A DNA stretch of 64,000 nt from a virus. The stretch lies in IMG/VR virus record IMGVR_UViG_3300038393_002515; one strand, written 5' to 3'. Position 1 is the first letter of the stretch; each line of letters starts with the position of its first letter. Below the pieces are notes generated by a model. The model did no database searches. It was not told the DNA's origin and saw only the letters and a list, made by a program, of their open reading frames with translations. The translations under genes and the position numbers were made by a program. Shown here in pieces: positions 1-7,885 of this stretch.

Positions 1-129
1 CGCACGGGCCCCTACGTCGCCCGCACCTGGGGCCTGCCCGACCTGCTCGCCACCCTCGCCCAGCGTGAGGGGATCACCGGCCCCCTCGACGTCCGCGAGA
101 CCGGCCGCGAGCGCCTCACCCGCCGCTGA
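1..129 (+). CDS. C-terminal fragment of a window-truncated hypothetical protein
   Basis: Frame 1 is open from the window edge to TGA 127-129. Third positions are mostly G/C. Followed by hairpin 138-166. Confidence 0.35.
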   Translation, partial: RTGPYVARTWGLPDLLATLAQREGITGPLDVRETGRERLTRR

Positions 130-137
130 CACACCCC

Positions 138-166
138 GGGGCGCTCCCGCCACCCGGGAGCGCCCC
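138..166 (+). terminator. Perfect 12-bp hairpin GGGGCGCTCCCG / CGGGAGCGCCCC with a 5-nt loop
   Basis: Inverted repeat read directly. The 3' arm is a variant of the CCCCAGGAGCGCCC box. There is no U-tract, so terminator function is uncertain. Confidence 0.4.
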
Positions 167-199
167 ACCCCCGCCGACCACCCGCCAGCACGCCAGACA

Positions 200-213
200 C
201 CCCAGGAGCGCCC
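200..213 (+). promoter_or_regulatory. Start-associated box CCCCAGGAGCGCCC (exact)
   Basis: The 14-mer contains GGAG and ends 3 nt before ATG 217. A CCCGCCAGC partner lies at 181-189. Confidence 0.6.
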
Positions 214-216
214 ACC

Positions 217-534
217 ATGACCACCACCGCCCCCGCCGTCCTCACCGCCGGACTCGCCATCACCGACGAGCACACCATCACCCGCATCACCGTCAAGCAC
301 GGGCACCGCGTCGTCGGCATCGTGGAGGGCAGCGACGAGCGCGGCTACGTGGCTGAGTACTGGTGGCCCGCCGTGAACGCGGACGGCAACTGGTACGGCC
401 CGTACGAAACCGAGCACTTCCCGCAGACGTTCGACGGCCCCCAGGGCCGCGCCAACGCCCTCGGCTGGCTCTCCGACGTGTTCAACGTCCGCCCCACCGG
501 CCGCGCCCTGGGAGCGCCCACCCTGACCCGCTGA
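217..534 (+). CDS. hypothetical protein (105 aa)
   Basis: The ATG follows the conserved box. Amino-acid composition is balanced, unlike the Arg/Pro/Gly-rich overlapping shadow ORFs. Confidence 0.65.
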   Translation: MTTTAPAVLTAGLAITDEHTITRITVKHGHRVVGIVEGSDERGYVAEYWWPAVNADGNWYGPYETEHFPQTFDGPQGRANALGWLSDVFNVRPTGRALGAPTLTR

Positions 535-605
535 ACGCCCCGCCACGGCCCGGCCGGACCACAACCCCGGCCGGGCCCCCACCGCCCGCCAGCCGCCCGC
601 ACAGA

Positions 606-619
606 CCCCAGGAGCGCCC
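606..619 (+). promoter_or_regulatory. Start-associated box CCCCAGGAGCGCCC (exact)
   Basis: Ends 3 nt before ATG 623. A CCCGCCAGC partner lies at 585-593. Confidence 0.6.
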
Positions 620-622
620 GCC

Positions 623-982
623 ATGCCGGTCACCTTCGGAGCCCCCACCGCCCCCACCGCCGACGACGACCAGCCGCGCCCCGTCCCTGTGGAGATCGTC
701 TGGATGCGCGCCGACGGCAACCGGCTCGGCGGCATGATCCAGCTCGGCCCCCTCCACCCCGCCGACATCGCCGCCGTGGAAGCCACCGGCAAGACCGACC
801 AGGCCCACATCACCGGCGGACGCCGCCGCACCACCCTGGACGCCTTCAGCGACTACGACCCCGCCGACACCTGGACCCTCACCCGCGCCACCCCCGAGCA
901 GGCCGCCCGCCACCTCGCCGACTGGCTCGGCCTCACCGGCCGCCCCGTCGCCCTCACCGTCATCGACGAGACCCGCATGTGA
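623..982 (+). CDS. hypothetical protein (119 aa)
   Basis: ATG after the conserved box, with coding-like composition. Confidence 0.65.
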   Translation: MPVTFGAPTAPTADDDQPRPVPVEIVWMRADGNRLGGMIQLGPLHPADIAAVEATGKTDQAHITGGRRRTTLDAFSDYDPADTWTLTRATPEQAARHLADWLGLTGRPVALTVIDETRM

Positions 983-994
983 GGCCCTGACAGC

Positions 995-1008
995 CCCCAG
1001 GAGCGCCC
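995..1008 (+). promoter_or_regulatory. Orphan copy of CCCCAGGAGCGCCC
   Basis: Exact 14-mer with no start codon within about 70 nt. A second copy in the same spacer lies at 1063-1076. Confidence 0.45.
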
Positions 1009-1062
1009 GGGGCCGCCCCCACGGCCCCGGCGCCCACCGACCACCCGCCAGCCCCGCACACA

Positions 1063-1076
1063 CCCCAGGAGCGCCC
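1063..1076 (+). promoter_or_regulatory. Start-associated box CCCCAGGAGCGCCC (exact)
   Basis: Ends 4 nt before ATG 1081. A CCCGCCAGC partner lies at 1044-1052. Confidence 0.6.
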
Positions 1077-1080
1077 CGCC

Positions 1081-1515
1081 ATGACCGACACCACCGCCAC
1101 CGCCACCCCCACCGCCGACGACGCCCCCGCCACCGGCCACCGCGTCACCTGGATGGACACCACCACCGGCCGCGTGTACTCCCGCGTCGTCCTCACCGAC
1201 CTGGAGGCGCTCCACATGATCGAGGCCGCCACCCTGTACGCCAACCTGGAGCCCCTCGGCTGCACCCCCGCCCCCGACTGGACCCGCTACGGCACCGGGC
1301 GCGCCCTGGCCGACGCCATCGCCGCCGGACGCGCCCGCCAGACCGCCGACCTGATCGCCGAATGGGAGCGCACCGCCCGCCCCTGGAGGCGCGCCAACAG
1401 CAACCTCACCGAGCGCCTCCAGGGCCACGCCCGCATCACCGGCGCCGCCATGCCCGACCCCGGCGACTGGGAGGCCGTCGCCGCCTACGTCACCGCCGCC
1501 CGCACCACCGCCTAG
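1081..1515 (+). CDS. hypothetical protein (144 aa)
   Basis: ATG after the conserved box, with coding-like composition. Confidence 0.65.
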   Translation: MTDTTATATPTADDAPATGHRVTWMDTTTGRVYSRVVLTDLEALHMIEAATLYANLEPLGCTPAPDWTRYGTGRALADAIAAGRARQTADLIAEWERTARPWRRANSNLTERLQGHARITGAAMPDPGDWEAVAAYVTAARTTA

Positions 1516-1529
1516 CCGCCCGCCAGCGC

Positions 1530-1543
1530 CCCCAGGAGCGCCC
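1530..1543 (+). promoter_or_regulatory. Orphan copy of CCCCAGGAGCGCCC
   Basis: Exact 14-mer at the start of the 240-nt spacer 1516-1756. A CCCGCCAGC partner lies at 1519-1527. Confidence 0.45.
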
Positions 1544-1607
1544 CGCACGCCCACACCGGGCCCGGGGCGCCCCCGACCCCCCGACGGCCCGCCAGCGCCC
1601 CGCCAGA

Positions 1608-1653
1608 CAGCGCGGAGCGCTGGCCCCCGGGACACCGTGGCGCGGAGCGCCAC
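1608..1653 (+). repeat. Two mini-hairpins with GGA loops (CAGCGC-GGA-GCGCTG at 1608-1622; GTGGCGC-GGA-GCGCCAC at 1637-1653)
   Basis: Read directly. Both embed GGAGCGC, the core of the start-associated box. Confidence 0.5.
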
Positions 1654-1756
1654 AGCCACCCGCCGCCGCGTAGCGGAGGAGCGCCGAGCCTGCGGAGCAG
1701 GCCGCGCGCCCAGGAGACACCCGACCACCCGCCCCGCCACACCAGGAGCGCGCGCC

Positions 1757-2269
1757 ATGGACTACACCCTGACCGTCACCCGGCCCGGCCAGCCCACCGA
1801 CCCCGACCCCCGCCACCACACCGACGCCACCGCCGCCCTGCTGATCACCACGGCGCTGCGCCAGGGGCTCACCCTCACCGCCGACGCCGACACCGGCCGG
1901 ATCACCCTCACCGACGACGGCCGCCGCGTCACCCTCACCCCCGCCGCGCCCCTGCCCGCCTGGACGACCGCGCAGCGCCGCGAGACGCTCGCCCTGGCCG
2001 CCAGCGACGAGCCCCTCGTGTGGCGCTACGGCCGCAGCAACGTCGCCCGCCTCGCCGACGGCCCCCGCTGGCTCACCCACTCCACCACCATGGCGCTCCT
2101 GCGCGGCGGCTACCTCACCGACCCCGCCCAGGGCGCGCCCCGCCTCACCCTGCTCGCGTACCTCACCCTCGGCACCCGCCCCAGCACCCGCCCCAAGGCC
2201 GTCCGCGACGAGGCCCTCGCCGCCATGCTCCGCAACGTCTACCGCCAGCCCACCCCCGCACCGGCCTGA
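1757..2269 (+). CDS. hypothetical protein (170 aa)
   Basis: ATG 1757 is preceded by CACCAGGAGCGCGCGCC. The upstream extension of track ORF 1637-2269 is Arg/Pro/Ala-rich and does not look coding. Confidence 0.6.
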   Translation: MDYTLTVTRPGQPTDPDPRHHTDATAALLITTALRQGLTLTADADTGRITLTDDGRRVTLTPAAPLPAWTTAQRRETLALAASDEPLVWRYGRSNVARLADGPRWLTHSTTMALLRGGYLTDPAQGAPRLTLLAYLTLGTRPSTRPKAVRDEALAAMLRNVYRQPTPAPA

Positions 2270-2358
2270 GCGCCCCGCCGCGCCCCGCCCACGACCCGGA
2301 CGGGGCGCAGCACCCCCGAACCCCCGACAGCCCGCCACACAGCCCCAGGAGCCCGCCC

Positions 2359-2685
2359 GTGCCCACCGCCCGAATCCTCATCCCCGCCGAGTACCTCGAC
2401 GCCCACCGCGCCGACCCGCACCCCGACATGCCCGCCGCCCTGCTGGCCCTCCTCGCCGACGCCGACACCATCGGCCCGGCCAGCAACCGCCGCGCCGTCG
2501 TCCACGTCCCCGCCGAACACCTGCCCGCCCTCGACGCCATCGCCCTCGCCCAGTTCACCGAGTGGGGCGACACCTACACCCGCCACCGCCGCAACATGCC
2601 CGCCGACGAGGCCGAGGCCCTGCGCCGCCTCTCCCGCGCCGCCTACCAGGTCCACCACCAGGCCCGCTACGCCGCCAACCGCTGA
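2359..2685 (+). CDS. hypothetical protein (108 aa)
   Basis: GTG 2359 is preceded by CCCCAGGAGCCCGCCC. Only the C-terminal part of track ORF 2020-2685 looks coding. Confidence 0.55.
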   Translation: MPTARILIPAEYLDAHRADPHPDMPAALLALLADADTIGPASNRRAVVHVPAEHLPALDAIALAQFTEWGDTYTRHRRNMPADEAEALRRLSRAAYQVHHQARYAANR

Positions 2686-2698
2686 CACCCGCCACACA

Positions 2699-2712
2699 CC
2701 CGAGGAGCGCCC
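2699..2712 (+). promoter_or_regulatory. Start-associated box variant CCCGAGGAGCGCCC (13/14)
   Basis: Ends 3 nt before ATG 2716. Confidence 0.5.
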
Positions 2713-2715
2713 CCG

Positions 2716-3135
2716 ATGACCCGCCCCGCCCGCCGCCCCGGCATCCACGCCAAGTGCGGCGCCACCGAACCCCGCCTCGGCTACACCCTCATGTGCGCCC
2801 GCTCCCCACAGCACATCCACAGCGCCGACCCCGAGCGCCGCAAGCACTACGACCCCGGCCACGAGGAGACGTGGACCGAGGAACGCCCCGCGCCGACCGG
2901 CATCCTGCCGCCGCCCGGCAAGACCTACGCCACCCGCCGCGTCACCGGCCGCCCCGGCTGGCACTGGGTGTACGACAGCGCCGGGAAGCTGCGCGCCATG
3001 GCCGAGCGCCGCCCCTCCTGGTGGCACCTGTACTGGGCCAGCGACGAGGAGCCCGGCGCGCACGGCGCGCCCCAGCGGTACGAGACCCTTGCCGACGGCG
3101 CCGACGCCTACACCTGCACGCCCGCCGACCAGTGA
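2716..3135 (+). CDS. hypothetical protein (139 aa)
   Basis: ATG after the box. Composition is Trp/His-rich and coding-like. Confidence 0.6.
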   Translation: MTRPARRPGIHAKCGATEPRLGYTLMCARSPQHIHSADPERRKHYDPGHEETWTEERPAPTGILPPPGKTYATRRVTGRPGWHWVYDSAGKLRAMAERRPSWWHLYWASDEEPGAHGAPQRYETLADGADAYTCTPADQ

Positions 3136-3204
3136 CCCGGAGCGCCCCGCCGACCGCCACGGCCGGGCGTAGCCTCACCCCGGGCCCGCCAGCCCGCCAA
3201 TACG

Positions 3205-3218
3205 CCCCAGGAGCAACC
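3205..3218 (+). promoter_or_regulatory. Start-associated box variant CCCCAGGAGCAACC (12/14)
   Basis: Ends 4 nt before ATG 3223. A CCCGCCAGC partner lies at 3185-3193. Confidence 0.45.
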
Positions 3219-3222
3219 CGCC

Positions 3223-3462
3223 ATGCCCCACCCCGACGACGAGACCGACGAGGAGCAGGCCCGCACCGCGCGGCTCCTGCGCATCCCGGCCGATCGGATC
3301 GCCTACTACAGCGCCGAGACCGTGTGCGCCTGGCTCCTCGCCCGCAACGAGCAGCACCGCACCCGACTGCGCGCCGCCTGCCAGGAGTTGCGGGCAGCGG
3401 CCGCCCAGGAGCGTTGCGCCCTTGCTGCGCTCTACCGCGCCACCGCCCAGGAGCGCCCCTGA
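3223..3462 (+). CDS. hypothetical protein (79 aa)
   Basis: ATG after the box. The stop overlaps the next start (TGATG). Confidence 0.6.
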   Translation: MPHPDDETDEEQARTARLLRIPADRIAYYSAETVCAWLLARNEQHRTRLRAACQELRAAAAQERCALAALYRATAQERP

Positions 3463-3773
3463 TGGCCGTCATCGACGGCCGCCAGAGCTGGCAGCGCCTG
3501 CGCCCCGCCACCCTCGCCCAGCTCGCCGCGACCATGACCGCCCCGGAGATCGCCGACATGTTCGGCGTCCCCCTGGGCACCGTCCGCTCGCGCCTCGCCG
3601 CCCACCGCATCACCGCCCGCTCCGCCCGCCCGGCAGCCAGCCCTCGGCCCGCCATCCCCCGATGCTCCGCCCCGCTCGCCCTCACCGGCGCACCCTGCGC
3701 CGCCCCGCTCGACCCCGACGGCTCGTGCCGCTGGGCTCACCAGCACACCGACCACACCGCCCAGGAGGCGTGA
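3462..3773 (+). CDS. small HTH DNA-binding protein (103 aa), sigma region-4 / LuxR-like helix-turn-helix
   Basis: The segment TAPEIADMFGVPLGTVRSRLAAHRI has the classic HTH pattern. ATG 3462 follows GCCCAGGAGCGCCC. The rest of the 403-aa track ORF 2562-3773 is compositional junk. Confidence 0.55.
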   Translation: MAVIDGRQSWQRLRPATLAQLAATMTAPEIADMFGVPLGTVRSRLAAHRITARSARPAASPRPAIPRCSAPLALTGAPCAAPLDPDGSCRWAHQHTDHTAQEA

Positions 3774-3777
3774 CCCC

Positions 3778-4167
3778 GTGAAGATCCGGATCACCCGTGC
3801 CGCCGCCGAGTTCACCGTGCGCGGCACGATCGGGCGCGGCCCGCACCTCGCCTACGGTCGCAACCTCGAACACACCATGACCGCCGAGGAGTTCACCGCC
3901 ACGGTGCGCCCCTGGGCCGACGGCGACGGCCCGGCCCGCTGGTCGGTGGCCACGCTCACCATCGAGGGCCGCGCGGTCGACGGCCGCCGCATCACCCCCG
4001 CATGGCAGGCCCGGGGGTTCTACTCCCCACTCGAAGTCCCCGACGCCGACACGCCCGCATGGTTGCTCGACCTCGCCCGCGCCTGCCTGCCCGCCCAGGA
4101 CGCGCCCGCCGTCCCCGTGCGCCCGTTCACCATCCACGCCACGACCGCCCAGGAGCAGCCCCGATGA
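3778..4167 (+). CDS. hypothetical protein (129 aa)
   Basis: GTG start 9 nt after AGGAGG. Stop and next start overlap as ATGA. Confidence 0.6.
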   Translation: MKIRITRAAAEFTVRGTIGRGPHLAYGRNLEHTMTAEEFTATVRPWADGDGPARWSVATLTIEGRAVDGRRITPAWQARGFYSPLEVPDADTPAWLLDLARACLPAQDAPAVPVRPFTIHATTAQEQPR

Positions 4168-4568
4168 ACCGCGACGACATGGCCGCCGTGCGCGCCACCG
4201 CCGACCGCCGCGAGGCCGAGTACCGCGCCCACTTCGACGGCTGCCCCGACTGCCCCGGCAGCCCGGACGGCGAGTGCGCCCGCGCCCAGGAGCTGTACCG
4301 CGCCTGGACCGCCGCCCGGGAACTCTCCACCCTCCGCTGCCAGCCCGGCCAGGACCAGCCGCAGGAGCACCCGCGCCCGCCGCACGACCTCATGGCCACC
4401 ATCGCTGCCGCCGAGACCGAACACGCCCGGCTGGTCGCCCTCCTCATCGCCGGAGGCCAGACCAAGGAGGCTGCCTGGCAAGCCGTCGACCGCCTGATCA
4501 TCGCTCTGCGCGACGCCGATGACGCTCGCGCGCTGATCGCCGCCAAGGCTCCCCGGGAGCAGCCGTGA
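4164..4568 (+). CDS. hypothetical protein (134 aa) with a CPDCPGSPDGEC motif
   Basis: ATG 4164 follows CCCAGGAGCAGCCCC. Only this part of track ORF 4002-4568 looks coding. Confidence 0.6.
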   Translation: MNRDDMAAVRATADRREAEYRAHFDGCPDCPGSPDGECARAQELYRAWTAARELSTLRCQPGQDQPQEHPRPPHDLMATIAAAETEHARLVALLIAGGQTKEAAWQAVDRLIIALRDADDARALIAAKAPREQP

Positions 4569-5005
4569 CCGTCCAGCCGCCCGCGCCGCGCCCCTGCGCC
4601 TCCTGCCCGTACCGCACCGACGTCCCGGCGGGCGTCTGGGCCGCCAGCGAGTACGCCAAGCTCGGCGCCTACGACGAGCCGACCCACCTGCAGCCCGCCG
4701 GTCTCTTCCTGTGCCACCAGACCGACCACGACGACGAGCGCGCCCGGGTGTGCTCGGGCTGGGCCGGATGCCACGACATGGACGAGAGCATGGCGCTGCG
4801 CGTCGCCGCCGTCTCCGGTGAGATCAGCGCCGAGGCCGTCCAGACGGTCCGCGACTACGTCTCGCCGGTGCCGCTGTTCGCCTCCGGCACCCAGGCCGCC
4901 GCCCACGGCATGAGCGGCATCGAGGAGCCCGGCGAGGACGCCCGGCGGGTGATTCGGAAGATCGAACGCACCCGAACCGACCTCACTACTGGCAAGGAGG
5001 GCTGA
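4565..5005 (+). CDS. Cys-rich hypothetical protein (146 aa)
   Basis: Starts at a GTGA overlap with the upstream stop. Contains CASCPYR ... LFLCHQ ... CSGWAGCH, a putative metal-binding pattern. Confidence 0.6.
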   Translation: MTVQPPAPRPCASCPYRTDVPAGVWAASEYAKLGAYDEPTHLQPAGLFLCHQTDHDDERARVCSGWAGCHDMDESMALRVAAVSGEISAEAVQTVRDYVSPVPLFASGTQAAAHGMSGIEEPGEDARRVIRKIERTRTDLTTGKEG

Positions 5006-5006
5006 G

Positions 5007-5204
5007 ATGGGACGCGGGAAGCCGCGCGTGAGCAACGCCGCCGTGCAGACGCGCAAGGCCGTCCTGGACGCGCTGCAGGCGGGCAAGCCGCTGACCGAAC
5101 CGGAGGCGCGCGCCCTGGTGGAGGAGCTGGAGCGCGAGTACCGGCACTCCGGATGGAGCGAGGGCTACGACGAGGGCCACCACGACGGGACCTGGCAGGA
5201 CTGA
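5007..5204 (+). CDS. hypothetical protein (65 aa)
   Basis: ATG 8 nt after AAGGAGGG. Charged, helical composition. Confidence 0.55.
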   Translation: MGRGKPRVSNAAVQTRKAVLDALQAGKPLTEPEARALVEELEREYRHSGWSEGYDEGHHDGTWQD

Positions 5205-5227
5205 CCTGCGAAAACACAGGAATTCAC

Positions 5228-5276
5228 CGAACCCCACCCTAACGCAGCTATAGATGCGCTAGGGTGGGGTTCGTTG
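5228..5276. promoter_or_regulatory. P1: 19-bp inverted repeat (18/19) whose right arm is the conserved promoter-like element, with -10-like TAGGGT at 5260-5265
   Basis: CGAACCCCACCCTAACGCA (5228-5246) pairs with TGCGCTAGGGTGGGGTTCG (5255-5273). The left arm read on the minus strand is identical to the P2 core TGCGTTAGGGTGGGGTTCG. Confidence 0.55.
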
Positions 5277-5346
5277 GCAGCGAGACCGGGTGTCCGACCC
5301 GTCCTCTACGCTGCCCTCCACCACCCCGCCTAGGAGAACAAGACAC

Positions 5347-6225
5347 ATGGGACTCCCGAAGGTCGACGAGGCCACCACCATCGCCCTGGAAGCCATCCGC
5401 GACGCCGCCCCCGCCCTGCTCACCGTGACCGAGGTCTCCAAGAAGGTCGCCTCGGCCGCCGACGTCTCCGTCGGCACCGCCCGCAGCCGGGTGCGCGCCG
5501 CCTTCGAGGCGGGCGGGCTCCTCGAACTCAAGCCCTGGTCGCGGAAGTTCTTCATCGAGCTGCCCGGCGCGGAGGCCGCCGGTCTCGGCCCGTTCTACAT
5601 CGCCCGCGAGTGGACGGGGACCGGCCGCGAACACCGCCACGTGATCACCACCGACGACAGCGCGATGCGCCCCAGCTCCTACGGCCCCGGCAACACCACG
5701 TACGTGGCCGACCCCGAGCAGATCCGCGAGTACGTCCAGCGGCTCACCGACGAGAAGAAGGCCAAGGAGGACGCCGAGGCCGAGGCTTGGAGGAACGACA
5801 GGAAGGCGCAGGTCAAGGAGATCGCCCGTCGCTTCCCCGGACTGCGCAAGGCGCTGCGCATGCTCGAACTTCTCGGCACCTTCGCCAACCCGACCGACGC
5901 GCACGGCTCCATGCTGACCGCCAGGGTGTACCTGGACACCTCCCGCCACCAGGCTCAGGACGCGCCGGTCTCCGAGCGGAACTCGAACATGGTGATCCAG
6001 GTGGAGGGTGACGAGAACGTGGGCATCCTGCAGACGATCCTGAGCGCCGGGCTCTCCTCCCTCCTCGCGGAACAGCCCGTCACCCACTGCAAGCACTGCT
6101 CGGGCCGCATCCTGTACGCCCAGGCCAGGTTCGGCACCGGCTGGTGGCACGTCGACACCACCAACGGCTCCTGCGGCGAGGACACCGACACCAAGGCCGA
6201 GCCCGCCGAGACCGAGGAGAACTGA
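5347..6225 (+). CDS. hypothetical protein (292 aa) with a C-terminal CxxC...WWH...C zinc-ribbon-like motif
   Basis: ATG 5347 lies 8 nt after AGGAGA. The C-terminus reads HCKHCSGRILYAQARFGTGWWHVDTTNGSC. GTG 5290 is an alternative start. Confidence 0.65.
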   Translation: MGLPKVDEATTIALEAIRDAAPALLTVTEVSKKVASAADVSVGTARSRVRAAFEAGGLLELKPWSRKFFIELPGAEAAGLGPFYIAREWTGTGREHRHVITTDDSAMRPSSYGPGNTTYVADPEQIREYVQRLTDEKKAKEDAEAEAWRNDRKAQVKEIARRFPGLRKALRMLELLGTFANPTDAHGSMLTARVYLDTSRHQAQDAPVSERNSNMVIQVEGDENVGILQTILSAGLSSLLAEQPVTHCKHCSGRILYAQARFGTGWWHVDTTNGSCGEDTDTKAEPAETEEN

Positions 6226-6228
6226 CCC

Positions 6229-6660
6229 ATGCGCACGTCCGCCACCTGCCCCGGCTGCAGGCAGTACCCCGTCACCGTCACGCCGACCGGCGCGCTGCGC
6301 GCCCACGACTCCGGCAACGGCATCCCGTGCCCCGGCAAGGGCTTCCGCCTCGACCAGCCCATCTACCCGCAGCTCATCAAGCTGTGGGGCTGGGAGACCG
6401 GCCAGAAGCTCATGAAGCAGGAGTTCCCCGAGTGGGTGTCGCCGATGGACAGCGGCCCGCACCCTATCGGCACCCTGCAGAAGCTGGTCCTCAAGGCGTA
6501 CCCCAGCGCTGACGCCTTCGGGTACACCAGCGGCCGGGGCATCACCTTCTGCGTCAGCAAGCGCTGGTACTTCGCCACGCCGGACGGCCACGTCGGCGAG
6601 AAGTACCCCACCCGCGTCGCCGCCGCCGACGCCGCCGACGAGTACCTCAAGGAGAAGTGA
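6229..6660 (+). CDS. hypothetical protein (143 aa) with an N-terminal CPxC...RAH...CP zinc-ribbon-like motif
   Basis: The motif TCPGCRQYPVTVTPTGALRAHDSGNGIPCPGKG is shared with the 13637-14227 product. Confidence 0.65.
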   Translation: MRTSATCPGCRQYPVTVTPTGALRAHDSGNGIPCPGKGFRLDQPIYPQLIKLWGWETGQKLMKQEFPEWVSPMDSGPHPIGTLQKLVLKAYPSADAFGYTSGRGITFCVSKRWYFATPDGHVGEKYPTRVAAADAADEYLKEK

Positions 6661-6662
6661 TC

Positions 6663-7019
6663 ATGGACGACAACCGCCTGCACTCCGACGAGGACCGCGA
6701 GGACCGCGAGGACGCCCTGCCCAAGTGGGCGCAGCTCAAGCTCGACCTGTACCGGCGGCGCCTCACCGACGAGCGGAAGATCAACGCCGAGCTCAGCGGT
6801 GACGTCGAGGAGAGCGACACCCTCATCCGGTGGCACGGCATCCGCGCCGACCACCTGCTGCCCCGCCGCGCCGAGATCACCTTCCTCCCCGACCTCACCC
6901 GCCCGGACCACGCGATCGACTGCACCATGCGCGACGGCGTGCTGCGCGTCCACGGCAGCAGGACCCTGGTCATCAAGCCGAGCGTGACCAACGCCCTCAC
7001 CATCGAGCTGGAGAAGTGA
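6663..7019 (+). CDS. hypothetical protein (118 aa)
   Basis: ATG lies in the conserved junction GGAGAAGTGATCATG. Confidence 0.6.
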   Translation: MDDNRLHSDEDREDREDALPKWAQLKLDLYRRRLTDERKINAELSGDVEESDTLIRWHGIRADHLLPRRAEITFLPDLTRPDHAIDCTMRDGVLRVHGSRTLVIKPSVTNALTIELEK

Positions 7020-7021
7020 TC

Positions 7022-7261
7022 ATGGCCGACGACTTCGCCCCGCGCGCCGCTGCCGATGTCACCGACGAACTCGTCCAACAGGCCCTCGGCATCGTGGAGG
7101 GCTGGTACGACGAGGGCCCGATCGACTGGGAGGACGTCTGGGACCGGCTGGAGCGCCGCGTCCTCGACGACGGCCGGGGCATCGACCTTGGCGAGGACCT
7201 CGGCTCGCCCGCCCTCAAGGCCCTCCAGCGCCGCGTGCGCGCCGCCCGCAAGGAGAACTGA
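7022..7261 (+). CDS. hypothetical acidic protein (79 aa)
   Basis: ATG lies in the identical junction GGAGAAGTGATCATG. Only the 3' part of track ORF 6830-7261 looks coding. Confidence 0.6.
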   Translation: MADDFAPRAAADVTDELVQQALGIVEGWYDEGPIDWEDVWDRLERRVLDDGRGIDLGEDLGSPALKALQRRVRAARKEN

Positions 7262-7263
7262 TC

Positions 7264-7551
7264 ATGTCGTTCAGCATGAGCACCCGCCGGGACGGGCGGC
7301 TGGGAGCCAAGACCGGTGCGCAGCCGGTCACGGTGTGGGGGTCCGACGCGGACGGCGGGGAGGACGGTCTGCCGGTCGTCGTCGCCCGTGGCTCGGTCCG
7401 CGTTCACCGCGACGGCCCCGAACTGTGCACCGTCACGACCCCTGAGGGCGTGATGTTCGAGGCCGCCGAGACGTCCTGGGCGCCGCTGCGCGGCGAGTGG
7501 ACGATCGAGGCCCGCAGGATCGATCCGGCCCCGGGGAGTCCCGGTGAGTGA
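7264..7551 (+). CDS. hypothetical protein (95 aa)
   Basis: ATG lies in the junction GGAGAACTGATCATG. Confidence 0.55.
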   Translation: MSFSMSTRRDGRLGAKTGAQPVTVWGSDADGGEDGLPVVVARGSVRVHRDGPELCTVTTPEGVMFEAAETSWAPLRGEWTIEARRIDPAPGSPGE

Positions 7552-7771
7552 GCCCAGGATCATCCAGCCGGTCAGGCCGACCCGGCCGAGCTACAGTCTG
7601 CGGGAGGCCGAGTTGCTGATGCGGATTCTCCTGAGCAGCGGGCATCCGCAGGCCGAGCATCTGGTCACCAAGCTGGTCACCGCCGCTGAACAGCCCGGGG
7701 CGTACATAGAGTTGATGGAGCGTGTGCGGGCCTCGGTCATCTTGAATCACGAAGGGCCTCGCACCCCGTAG
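7544..7771 (+). CDS. hypothetical protein (75 aa)
   Basis: GTG start overlaps the upstream gene end. Coding-like composition. Confidence 0.5.
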   Translation: MSEPRIIQPVRPTRPSYSLREAELLMRILLSSGHPQAEHLVTKLVTAAEQPGAYIELMERVRASVILNHEGPRTP

Positions 7772-7808
7772 ACACGCATCTATGTGTGCGTTAGGGTGGG
7801 GTTCGTTC
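7769..7808 (+). promoter_or_regulatory. P2: sigma-70/HrdB-like promoter, -35 TAGACA (7769-7774), 17-nt spacer, -10 TAGGGT (7792-7797)
   Basis: Geometry read directly. The 33-nt GCATCTATGTGTGCGTTAGGGTGGGGTTCGTTC is conserved with P1, P3 and P4. Confidence 0.6.
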
Positions 7809-7885
7809 TCAGGTGCTCAGGCCCGCCAGCCGGGCACCTGGTGACACCACCACCAGCCTCGACCCGCCACGAGGAGAACCTCACC

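Noticed and set aside
2562-3773. A 403-aa + strand ORF spanning several small genes.
   Set aside because: It is Pro/Arg-rich junk for its first ~300 codons and overlaps better ORFs in other frames. Only the last 103 codons, from ATG 3462, look coding and have an SD box.
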